Shown here piece by piece: positions 43,146 through 56,362 of a stretch of 64,000 nt of DNA. Numbering within the stretch: position 1 is the stretch's first letter; every line of letters starts with the position of its first letter. Made by a program: the position numbers and the translations under genes. The notes under the pieces were generated by a model. That model ran no database searches and was not told the origin of the DNA. It saw only the letters and a list, made by a program, of their open reading frames with translations. The stretch is from Syncephalis fuscata S228 (taxonomy: Eukaryota; Fungi; Zoopagomycota), in contig JAHLTZ010000005.1 in assembly GCA_025786725.1 (NCBI GenBank), forward strand, positions 830,191 to 894,190, written 5' to 3'.

Positions 43146-43639
43146 ATATCCGCGTTGAATCGTCAGGTTACACCTACATTTTAAAATAATTACTGTTATT
43201 ATTATTAGATGATAGCGAGGAGAGGGGAGGATTATGGTAATGAGCTTTCCATTACTATTAGCAATATCTCCAAGTCTTTTACAAGAACTTGTTAATTTTA
43301 ATCAACCATGCCATTTACCCACACAACCATTAAAGGCAGAACAAATAACAAATTTAAGTTTTTACTTTGTGTTAAAGCCCATTCGCTCTAAAACAATACG
43401 AATATTTACTATCTCTAATAAACGCTACCTTATTTTGATTTTAAATTTATTATTATTATTATTAAGGTTGAAACCTTTTTGTCATCCTCTATATCTTTAT
43501 TGTATTCTTTAATAGGTATTGCTATTTTTATTAACAAATAACGTAAGTAATATCAAATACTAGCAAGATTCATTATAGATCATTCAAGACTAGCGTAATG
43601 TTAGTGATATGCTTATTATTTTCAATACACTAATGATAA

Positions 43640-44420
43640 TAATTCATTAACTATTTAATATGCTTTAATGGTCAAATGGCTATTTTTAATAACACCCAAT
43701 CTATTGAACATGATGATAGGTGGTGAGTGACATCAGTCATCAAATACTCATCATTGTAGATTCATTATCCATTATGCATATATCCAGTACACATATATCC
43801 ACCATTTACCTATATCATTCTATACTCACTAAGCCATTCTCTATCCAAAACTGTTTTTATGTTTGCTCTAGCTTTATTATTAAGAAAGTTGACTAATGTC
43901 GGTCAACTGCTTATGCATATATACTCAACAACTTGAACATTGCTAATCTCGTTCAATACTGTGTATTCATTATTATGTTTATTATTTTATTATATATTAG
44001 CTATACGCTATTTATAACCGTTGTCAGTATGATTCCAACTATTTTATTAATAAAATTTGACATATCACACTTAGTTTGTTCACTGAGCTATATTGATAAA
44101 CAACAATATGAATATGAACGGAGTTATGTTTTATTAAAATTATTTATAAATAAACTAGGTCGTGTCAGTTAGTTATGATTTTAATGTTGATCAAGTAAAG
44201 TGATGGGTATATATAGTAATAACACATATTGTGATGATACATGCATATTAGATAATGAATCTACAATAATGAGTATTTGATGATTGATGTCACTCACCGC
44301 CCATCATCATGTTCAATAGATTAGATGTTATTAAATGTTAGTCATTTGACATCCAAACCACATTAAATGCTTAAAAAATTGTTTAATGCTTGCAAAAATG
44401 ATTTTTTTAATTAATACATG
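43640..44420. mobile_element. Putative non-autonomous (MITE/foldback-like) element with long imperfect terminal inverted repeats (copies B and C)
   Basis: 43645-43790 (GGTCAAATGGCT...CTATTGAACATGATGATAGGTGGTGAGTGACATCAGTCATCAAATACTCATCATTGTAGATTCATTATC) is mirrored at 44240-44390 (GATAATGAATCTACAATAATGAGTATTTGATGATTGATGTCACTCACCGCCCATCATCATGTTCAATAG...GTCATTTGAC). AT-rich non-coding interior; no TSD resolved. Confidence 0.75.
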
Positions 44421-45499
44421 AGATAATATGTACAATCCATTAATTCAATTGCATTGTACATATAAAGACTAATAAATTAAAGTGTTGATGAAAGAATTGC
44501 TCAAGTGGTAGAATAAAATAAAAAATAAAAACCAATTGTATAAAATTAAATATATTCATAGAACAATAACATGATAACAAAAGAGTATTCTAAATAGATT
44601 ACTAGCAAAAAATCATCGTTGTGTATTACTTTTAACATGCGTAAAGTGTGACACATTAACGCATTCAGAAAGGCAAAGCAATGGATTACTAGCTATATAA
44701 ATAAATAAAACGCATTCGTTTTAGCAAGTCTAGGTTCATTACAGCTGTTTATGTTTCGATATGTATAATAAAACGTATGGGTTCAGGTTTTATTTCAATC
44801 AAACTATGCAACTAGTACAGACTACTAATTCAATTGACATAAATATCCGATTAGTGTGCTCAAGACTAAACTATACCTATTATAAACTGGCAGTAACTTA
44901 ATACGAAATTTGCATTATTTCTTATCTCCATTATATTTTATCGATAAACATTCTACCCAGACTATAAATGACCATCATTAACAATCACTATACTAATGAA
45001 TTAATTTTTAAATTTGAATTTTCTAATGTCGATTGCTAGTCATCCAAGCATGTGATTATAAATAGAGCTTTGCAATGCATTTTGCCGGCCTTGTTTGTAG
45101 AACGTGCAAATGCTGGTAAAGCGCATAAGCATGTGTTTATGCATTGTTTATGGTAATTAGATTCGAGAATAAGTACTTTTATAATTTTTTTCGTCAATCT
45201 ATATTTATATACTTGATTGCATTGTCTTTTTGTGTCATTGAATTCCATAATTGTTAGTAGCCACGTGGATAAAAAATCAATTTTTTATCCCGAATCTAAT
45301 TATTTAAATGCTTTAGCGGTTGCCAACTATTTCGCTTCGTTATTTTATTTTCCGTTGGCCTTTCTTTTATCATAGATTACACAATAATTAAACAATATCT
45401 ACAATGCAGATTCACAACATTTTTCGCCAAATTATTAACTGGATACCATTATTCATTTTAATATGGCCAATTGCTAATAGCTATTGTATAACAAAAAGT

Positions 45500-46707
45500 A
45501 TGTTGTCGCGTATCTGTAGCACGCTATTTATTTGTGCTTACCAATATTATAGACACAGTTTATCCATACGGGATTGGATATGCACCAATCAAAACGCCAC
45601 ATGCTTTAAACAAACCAAACTTGATGATATTAGAATGGATTCGCTGCGACTTTTTCAAAAGTCTTGCCAAAGTTTTATGGAACGAGCGGACTGCACTTTT
45701 AAAGTGCCAGACGTCAAGACCAGCTAAGCAAGAACTAGCTGCCCTTGAGGTAGGGTGGTGTATATATATACATTTACTTGTGATAGTTTGTTAATCTCCA
45801 CACTAGAGAATTCACAAGGTTGATGCTACTAGTCAAGCAAACGGCAAAGACTATATTCTACGTGAATTAGCTTCTTTTAGCGTTCCAACAGGTCTTTGCT
45901 TCATTTACCCCTACACTGAAGGAAAGAATCTAGCCCAATTCCTTTCCAATAAGAACTGGGAACAAAAAGCAAACTACTTGCCACAGATTCTTCATCAAAC
46001 GCTAAAAGGTATTAGAAATTAGAGTGTTTTATTTAACATGCTAACACCATTATGTCAGGCCTATCTTATCTGCAAAACGCCGGAATTTTTTATCACGACA
46101 TAAAAGCGCACGGTAAGTATTTGAAAGCAAATGCGCAATACAAGTTACTTACTTCTGTGTAGATTTAATGGTTACACAATTGAGTGATAACGATGTAAAA
46201 GTAACGATAATTAACTATCACGAAACTTTACTGCTACCGTTGGATATTCCCGCGGACTCTGAAATGCTTAATACGAGAACTAAACTAAAGGGTCAAAATG
46301 CACAAGCGTTTCTTCGAGAGCTTTATCGAGCCATGGGCAATCCATCTTTTGATTGGCAAATTTCATATATTGCAGACTGGCAAACTTACACGGAGCAAGT
46401 TAAGACAGCTGCACTCGATCGGCTTAAAGGAATGTTTACACTGTATGGAAAAGCACCCAATCCACCAGCTAAGTCAGATTCACAGCTACCAGATAGTAGT
46501 AATATGGGTATTGCCAAGGTCATGGTACCTTTTCTACATATTATGCAAAAATATAACTACAACGATGAGATGGTCTATCCAAGCCCAGATGATATATTGA
46601 CTCGATGGTCGTCCTACCAAATTACTCGAAAGATGAACAATATCTATACGCAATGCAAGCAAATTCTAGCATTTGCAAACCAATATATTTCTGGTTCACC
46701 TTCATAA
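45500..46707 (+). CDS. Secreted protein-kinase-like protein (probable pseudokinase), 4 exons
   Basis: Hydrophobic N-terminus (needs a 1-bp fix near 45533). ALLKC (VAIK Lys), KQELAALE (alphaC Glu), CFIYPYTEGKNLAQFL (hinge), QILHQTLKGLSYLQNAGIFYHDIKAHDLMV (HRD loop variant), and VTIINYHE at the DFG position. Confidence 0.8.
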
Positions 46708-47219
46708 ACTTTGGTAATAAAATTAAGTGCAAATTTTAATAAATGATTTTTACTTAAACATACGTTTAAGTAAAATAAATAAATTTAATTGAAAAAATTA
46801 GCCAAAGCATACTAACATGCTGCCTAGCGTAAATATTTAAATAGTGTATAAATATCATTTATATTGAATAACAATGATAACTAGTATTATTGTATCAAGG
46901 TCATTGTTAAAGCATGATCAAGTATAGATTGCATATTTGACTCGATGTCTTTTGACTCTATGTTTTATTAATACTAGATAACATTGGTTGTCAATTATAT
47001 TTATAGAAACATTTCTTATTTCTCTAAAATATAATGAATATGCAATAGCCATTTATAAATAAAAATGCTAAAGTTATAACGTGTATTACCAGTAAACGAA
47101 ATGAGAAAAATTAGTAATGAGTAGAACTGGTGCCAAACGGATAGTATTTTTTGAATAAAGAGCGGTTTCTATTTAATAGAATGACATGTAATAATATGGA
47201 AATAAGGTGGTAACGATAT

Positions 47220-47415
47220 AAATGGATAGAGGATACATGTATACCGAATAATAAATCTACAATGATGAGTATTTGATCACTGGTGTCATTCGCTACACAG
47301 CTCCATGTTTAATAGATTGGTTGTTATTAAAATAGTCATTTGACCATCAAATTACATTAAAATGTTAATAAATTATTTAATATTTGCAGAAAAACCATTT
47401 TTATTAAACATAATA
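47220..47415 (-). repeat. Interspersed repeat family copy D
   Basis: Reverse complement nearly identical to copy A (22920-23080). Its outer flank also aligns with the outer flank of copy C. Confidence 0.9.
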
Positions 47416-47613
47416 AACGATGTATATTATAGTATGTTAACATAAATTAGGCAACTAAATGACATATTACAAATCCGTAATAATTTCTATACAACAGACA
47501 CATCAACACTAAAGATCTAGTCAAGTATAAATTTAATAAACAGTGATTAGAGAACACAAAAACAATAGGAAAAATGCCAAAAACAAACAAACAACGCCAT
47601 CGGACATCTACAT

Positions 47614-50600
47614 CTACATTGCAGTGGTGGTTGCTTCCTTAACTCGACGCCATAGATTTCGGAACGTACGATCACCCGATGGTGTGGCCGGCGCCGTTAA
47701 TGGACCTTGTATAGGTGAAGAAGGAACAGACCTTGTTGGTGATTCACATTCATTGTTTAGCGTTACAGCATCCGTTGCCACACGTAGCAATGGATTCTTT
47801 AAACGTGGCTTAACGGTGGATGCATTGGATGTTGAAGAAGGAGCTGGTGCCAATACTAACTCTGATGTTGATGCCGAGGCTGATGCCAATACTGATGCAG
47901 TTGGCTCGTCAGATTTGGTCGAGTCTTTTGATTTTGTCCTTACAGCATCAAGTACATGGCTGGCTCGTTTACGTAGTGATGGACCCATATTAAACGAAAA
48001 ACGACGCTGGCCCATTGATGGCATACGTTTCGATTTACTTTTATCACTACGCTCAGATCCAGCTGTTGAGCATACGCTTTGGCAGTCTGCAGTGTCGGAA
48101 ATGACCGATGCAGCCGGCGATGCCTGTACTTTAGCTGTGGATGGCAGTAATGGTGTTGGTGTCGAAGGACGCGATGAAGTTCGCGGCAGTAGTTTCTTTT
48201 CTCCTTCAGGATGAACTTGTTTACTTGAATGTCCAAGTGATCTAACTGATTCACAGCTTGATTGTGTTCGAGTAAATTCATCGGCAGAGGCTAGCGACAT
48301 AGAACGAGATCTAACATCGTTCATGCTAGTAACGCCGCTACTTAGACGTGAACGTGGTAGATTGCGGACTAAGCTTTCCCAGCCGGCTCCACCTATAGTG
48401 CCACTACGGCCACGTAGAGCAAATAGCCGGGCAGGTGAACGACGTCCAGATATACCAGACAGCGACACCTCTGTGCACGATTTAACTTGTCGTAGCTGTT
48501 CTTCGGCAATCTGACTGCCACCAGCCTCTTCGGCGTCGTCCTCTGCACTCAAGAGATACAACCAATAGGCACGACGAAGTACGTATTGCAAATCGGGATT
48601 TGGGTAATTCTATAAAACGCATTGTTAGTATAATTTATTTAATAAATATTCATATTGTCTACCTGTAGTAATTGCACGTTGTCAGAGAAGCTGCCGCGCA
48701 GCAATTCATCTCGAGCACAGCTGAAAGTACAAAGTTAGACACTAGCTATTTCTACTGTATAGCGATTACTACTTACACTACCATAGCACAGCAAAAGTCT
48801 ACTAAAAATCCAAATCGATCACCATCGGCCCCGTTAGAATTGGCTGCTGGGTCCGCAAATACAGAATCCCATAAACGAATGACATCAGGTAGTGGCCATT
48901 CACGGCTGCATAACACGGTAAGCCAGCGAAAGGCGTAGTAAGTTGGATGTAGACTTTTACGTGCCTAAATCATCATTGGTGTTAACAGCTATGCTTTGCC
49001 TGCCAATAGAGTATGGCCGCTTACCAAATCCTCCCACAAAGCTGGATCACGCCGACGTATTTTATCGTCTAAACGTCTCATTGTAGCACCAATACCCGAG
49101 TCGGCATCAGTATCCAAAGAGCGTAAAAAGTTATCACGTGCATCAGTCATTAGCGCAGTAAAACAAAAGAACGCATCAGCTTCAGCATTGGCTAATTAAT
49201 TTAATTAGTATTGCTCATAATAATAGTTGATTAACAGTATCTGCTGAGTACTTACCTTGATTAACAAGATCTACATCATTGGCCATGACCCAATAGATAG
49301 GAGCAAAAATTTCATTCATGCCTTGTACATAGCTTACGCCTGGATTTAATTTTGCATAGATGAAAAGAATACGTTCAGCAACTTCCCAATGCATGTCACT
49401 TCGATAGGGAGAACGTCGTGTATTTCCCTGCGTATCATTCGAGTAAAAACTATCAAGTGTGTCGGTGGATGTGTCGCCACCATCAACAAGCATATGCGAT
49501 TCTTGAGCAATAGCAGTAGAACTTAAATGACGTACACGCTCAAATAGTGTACGACGTGTTGTATAGTTGCTGGTCATTGATGCTGATCGCATACGATTAC
49601 GTAGTGTTGGCGAAGCACATGAAGATGAGCATTGACTTTCCAAGCTTGCTGTTTTAGCAACCGGTATAGCAATAGGCTTGCCGGCAAATGGCGACGGCTT
49701 TGTTGCAATGTCAATGGGCAGAGAGGTCTTGTTTGCCGCATTTGTTTGAGTTGCTGTAGCAGCATCAATTTCCGCCATTTTATCAATAATAGTCGTGGTT
49801 TGCTTTGGTTTAATAGAACCGCGCTGCGTTGTTTTACTCATTTCTTGTTCAGTCATTTCCAATGGCTCGCTTACAAGCTTTTTGATGTTATGGCCGATTC
49901 TGGCAACAGATTAAGACTATCTTTATCTGACATCAATGAGTTGGACCGGGAGACCATTCGTGGACGGGCCTCAAGTTTTGGTGAACCAGGAGCTGATGGC
50001 ACAGCACTTGAAGGCAATGACGTATCCTTACGCACCGGTAATGGCGTATCAATAAGCCTCGACAAAGGGGAGGCAGCTCGTGAACTCGATACCGACGATA
50101 AAGACGACGATGCCGACTTGACAAGCGAAATAGCCGATGATGGATGAAGCGGTGAGCTGCCATTCGATCCAGAGAACCGCTCATTATCACCGCTGAATGC
50201 GTGTCTAAGTGGTGATGGTGCTACAGGAGAATTGGCCACACATACACTTGTTGAAATGCTTAGCGGCTGAGCAAGACGATTGGCAGTCGATGCTGGCTTA
50301 GTATTCGAACCTGCCGCAAAGGCTGATGTAGCTGCAGACCAAGGCATTGGTCGTGAAGCAATGGACGGACAAGTCTGAACCGGTCCTGGCCCGGCAGTTA
50401 GCGGCGAATACGTAGAACGTGGCACCGAACGTTGGAAAAAGCCAAAATCTGCCTGTGTGCGGCGTATATCCTTATCGATTTGTTCAAGAATACGATTATC
50501 ACGTTGATAATTGCTCCACTGGTGGCAGGGAGAGCCTCCAGCTGACTAGATTGCCACAACATTTCCTATTAGCCAGAGATATTCATTTAAAATATATTAA

Positions 50601-51165
50601 CATTTACCTGATCTAAATGATCTAAATCCACCACACCATCTTGTGGTACACCTGGCTCCACAATCAAATCACGCACAAAGGCCTATACATCAATAAGAGT
50701 ATTAGCTATTAGTGCCTTCGCTCATTATTGTATTATTTTTATTACTTACATAGTACGTCTCGCGTTGTTCGTTAAGATGCGAGTCCCACTGACGTTTGTC
50801 AGCTGGCAAGTAATTCAGCAATAGCTACAATTATACACCACAATTAATTAGATGTTAATTGGCCCAAATATCGATTAATTACCTTCCAGCACAGTGCCCG
50901 CATACCGGGCACATCGGGCACTCCTTGAAAGCAAAGACGCCGTAACTCTTCCATATCAATGATTGGGTTTTCTTCATCACATGGGTTCAATAATGCCTCA
51001 AACCGCGACAGTCTATCATAGCCATATCCATCAATAAGCACTATTAGTATTCTTTTTATTGCTAAATAATTATTCGTATTCACTTTACGCTAAACAAGCG
51101 TCATCTGTCTGTCCACTCAACGCTAGTAGCGCTGCTACTTACCTTTCACGATAGGTCTGCGCCAT
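47614..51165 (-). CDS. TBC-domain Rab GTPase-activating protein, TBC1D13-like
   Basis: LRRLCFQGVPD..GMRALCWK/LLLNYLP, IEQIDKDIRRT (R finger), ERILFIYAKLNPGVSYVQGMNE (Q finger), AEADAFFCFTALM, PTYYAFRW and VIRLWDSVFAD. Long Ser-rich insert and C-tail. Confidence 0.9.
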
Positions 51166-52659
51166 AGTGTGACACTAAAAGTAGCGACAGTCCAGTATTT
51201 ATAACAAAGGCCCGCCGGAATAAACGTAACAGATGAGAAAGCTGGCAGTGGAGTAACAATAATAATAATAGTCGCCGCAGTCAATAAAGCGAGTTAGATA
51301 TTAATATTAATGCGTTTTAGTGTATATTAATGGCTTACGAAAAGCACAAGGTAGTATATAAGTAATAGTGGCAGTAATATAAAATAGTAAAGATAGGAAG
51401 AGTAATAAGGTGGGATTTAATGCGCAAGGTGTAATCCCGTTCTGCCTATTGCCTCCTTTTTTCCACACTTGTTCGCTCGCTCGCTCGCTTGCTCGCACAT
51501 TCCCATTCTCGCCTTCGCCCTTTCTTTCACGCTGTGCTCCTCCACCAATGCTCCTCTATGGGGAGCCTAGAGAGTCATGGGGCACCAACCAGAAACGGGA
51601 TGCACCCAACCGGCATTGCCATGCGTCTCAGCATCCGTCAATGTTTCACTAAATTGACGACAGTGCACAAATTAGTACTTTGCCTATTTTGTAGCGTATT
51701 ATTTCTTTGAAGCAAGCAAAAGTAGATGGTTTATCTAGATGCTTGTATTTACAAATTCACCTTTCTTAAATGTCAAAATAGTACATTTTAGTCATTGCTC
51801 TTGCAAAAGTTTAGTATTATTAGCATGCCCATATGTTATAGTTATTGAGTTATAAGCATGCCATACGATAATGAGTAGCTTTTTTGGGGTCAAATGACTT
51901 TTATTCGTCAATGCATTTATTCATTTTTAATTGTTCTATGGTATGAGCGTTTTTATGGACCAAATGGCATTTATTATTTCACACTCCGCTTGCTAATAAG
52001 TTTAGCTCGCGTCTTTATAAATATTGACTGACAGGGACCACAAATCACAATCTACGTCACCACATTTCCCTTTCTTTTTCTTCACACTTGACAGCATATA
52101 TCCATTACATGTACACTCCATATATGCTAACTAGATAGTGTGGTAGTTGACTGACTACTAGTCAAGTACAAGCACTATTTACACTATGTACTTGCATTGC
52201 TCTTTTGTAATCTGACCTTTTTTACAAAACAACTTTTTTACTTTGATCATTACTGTTAGCACTTGTATGGCATAGTAAGTACATTTCTGGTTTGTTTTAT
52301 GCTATATTGGGTATATACTGTTAAAATCACGTTGTATGCTTTGTTGTTTGCTGTAGATTACTGCAGATCTATATTAAAACAAAGTACACAGTGGCTTTGG
52401 CAGCATATAGCCAACACAGCCACTGTGTACAGCTGCTATACACATACAGTAATACTAATATTGAAGGTACTGCTATTATAGTCGTTGAACAAGTCTTTAG
52501 CGTCATACAGTAGTACGATCTGCTACTATTGCTACTACTGTATATGCATAGTTGCCAGCACAATAACTGTATTGGCTATACTTGCTGTTACTTTTTTACT
52601 GATAAAATGTTGTATAAGAGTAGGAGAATATAATGGTAATGATATACGGTAAATAGAAG

Positions 52660-52850
52660 ATATATGCATACTGGATAATAATCTATGATGATGAATATTT
52701 TAAATTTAATGCCATTCACCATCCAGTTCGATGTTCAATAAAATAAATATTGTTAAATTTAGTCATTTGGTCATTAATAAAACTCACCATCCGTCCCCAT
52801 CTTCAATAGAGCAAATATGTCATTTAATTACGTGAATATATTAAACACAG
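52660..52850 (-). repeat. Interspersed repeat family copy E (diverged, two tandem subunits)
   Basis: Reverse complement aligns to 63300-63530: TATGCATACTGGATAA..ATCTATGATGATGAATATT..., AGTCATTTGG, and AAAACTCACCA..CCCCATCTTCAATAGAG. Confidence 0.7.
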
Positions 52851-53588
52851 TCGTTTAACACAAAATAATATTAAAGGTTCGCCCTCATTACTTTGTTACT
52901 TTTCTTCTCGTCTTACGAAAGCAGTACACTAATCGCATAACATAAAATCTACACAACACTGTTCTGTTTCTCTTTTTTACAATTGCAGCATTTGACTAGC
53001 AAGTGAAAAGTCTTGTCAAATTATTCAATATAGTTGTTTTTTGTATGTGATAATAATAATATTATTAATAATAGCAATAGTAATGATGGCATTTATTTAT
53101 ACACAGTACATAGACATATGGAAATAGTACACATACTTAGATGCTACACATGTGCATGTTTAGTAAAATAACTATAGTATGTAACAAAAACACGAGTAAA
53201 CTCAACAATGCAGTAAATTGTGATTACATGTTGACCATGTCATGCTATTAAACTTATCGTATCTAATATAAAGTGCACATTATTGATTATAATTGAATAA
53301 ATGAGCAGTAATTACCGCCTACGCTACTGCTATGATCTATTCAATCATTTGTTTCAATGAATTAAACTAGAATAGTGAGTAGAACAAGTAGTGCTGGTGT
53401 AAATAAACTCTTGCGTTCTAGTTAGCTTCATGCTAGCTTCATGTTACAGCAGCTAGCTATGACAAGTACGAATAGTTGTAGTAAATTACACTAAATGCAT
53501 TATTTGTTTACACTATGATTCATTTTCAGTTGAGAAATAGTATTGTTATTGAGCGTAAGCAAAAATTAAAGCCGTTACATTCGATGAT

Positions 53589-54541
<953 letters not shown>

Positions 54542-54764
54542 AATAACGATGAGCTAATAATAGTTATTTTTAAAGAAAGAAAGAAAAACGACAAAGAGCA
54601 AGAAACGAGACGATTCGTGCGTCAGTGTAAATAGACGTTCAAATAGTTGATCGATCAGTAGAAGTGTAGGCCGCAGATCGCAGAATGGCAACCAGGGAAA
54701 TAAAGAAAGAGAGAGAGGGAAAAGAGTACTGTAGAGTGAGAACCGCGGAAGGAGAATCGCCGAG

Positions 54765-54845
54765 ACGGATTGACGCGTGGCGCGCGTTCTAGGGCAATCC
54801 AATCTATGTTTATAGGACATATCCACGCCCCTGATTGGTCTAGAA
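54765..54845 (-). promoter_or_regulatory. GC-rich ADK1 upstream region with CCAAT boxes and an ACGCGT (MCB-like) site
   Basis: gacgcgtggcgcgcg at ~54772, ccaatc at ~54799 and tgattgg at ~54832, upstream of a CT-rich 5' leader. Confidence 0.35.
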
Positions 54846-54951
54846 GGCGATCTCATACGGGTGCACCCTGTGCTCCTTCTGTCTCCTTTTCCTACGCTAA
54901 TCAACTTTAATCTCCGTTTAAATAAAGAAATTTATTCATTTTATGATAGAA

Positions 54952-56228
54952 TTAAAGATTACGTATATGATGTAGGCCAAGATTGGTAAAAAATGGGGTA
55001 CGGTCATTTGCTGATAGCGACGTGTCATTTAATTGACAAGGTAATGGGTCTTCTTTAACAACTTCTTCATCCCTACAAAGTGTTAATAGTAATATGATAG
55101 TTATTAATACTTGCCATATAACTGTTGCCGCTTTGTCTTCGAGTAAACGTTCACAGGTCGCCCAGCTAAAACGTACAATACCGGTGAATCCAAATATTGG
55201 ATCAATATTACTATTTAGCCATTTAATGGTATTTGGATCTATAACATAGATATATTAAACTATTGCTGTATACAATAAATGACCAACATAACTTACCAGA
55301 AGAATAGCCAGAACCAAAATTACGAGATACAATGGCATCAGCACCAGGTTCGGCAAATTCCCATTGCTTAATAATTGCATCGCGTGTTACCTTTTTTTAG
55401 ATCAAATAATTAGTATTAAAGGTTTAATTAATTAAAGTAATAATCTTGTTTACTTTGGCACAAATACTGGCCGCTGATACGATAGGATAAAGACTATCGG
55501 CCTTTTTGGCAACGGTAATGCTGATACCTGGAAATAGCTGTGATAATTTGGCTTGGTAGCTCTCAGGCGGTCCTACGGTATCAATATAGATCTATAATAC
55601 ATGAACAGCTGTACTTTTACTCTCTTTCTCTAAGCTGTTACCTCTTTAATATTGACATTAAGAGCCAGTGTCTCACGGATTAATTGAATTGTAGTATCAT
55701 GGGCAATACTATTTAGATTGTACTTGTTGCTAAAGTAATGGGTTATTATGCTATACTATTATTATAATACAAATATAGCTATTTACCGGCGTAACATAAA
55801 CTGTGAAATGTCCTGAGGTGACAGTGCAGTTACTGCCCAACCAATATAGTTTTTATGTTGGCCAATAGTTTCAAATAATTGATCGCGGGCCTTTTCATGA
55901 AGCGTTTTAGAGTCTTGTAGATATAAAAGTGAATATAATACTATGGCTATGACCATTATTATTACTTACCAGCAAATCCTAGGGATTTAAGTGCATCAGT
56001 ACGCTCTAATGGACAATAACAAGTACTATAGACCATAGGTCCTATATCACTTTGATATTAGTAGAAAAGTTTAGCTGGAATTAGCTAAATAGACTATAGA
56101 CTACCTAGAACAGGTCCACGACCCGCCTCATCGACACCTAATAGACATGGCTGTCCATTGGTACATTCGCTCGGTACTTCTGTATGAAACGTGTAGGAAC
56201 GCGTTAATGGACCGGGTTGCGTAGCCAT
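54952..56228 (-). CDS. RNH201: Ribonuclease H2 catalytic subunit A, ~8 short exons (missed by ORF track)
   Basis: [90 protein letters not shown] and [13 protein letters not shown]. Confidence 0.93.
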
Positions 56229-56362
56229 AATATTATTTAGCTATAGAGATTCAAATAGTAGAATTAGTAACAAAGGAAAATTCAATAATAAATATTATTT
56301 TCTTATTCTATTTGGCTGCTCTTCCTTTTCTATTCTACTTTTTCTACGTGTCTATTAACACA

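Noticed and set aside
43933-44172. Hydrophobic ORFs inside repeats (also 63464-63784 and 63640-63852)
   Set aside because: AT-rich repeat interior gives spurious Ile/Leu/Phe/Tyr-rich frames that are not conserved between copies; no transposase motifs.
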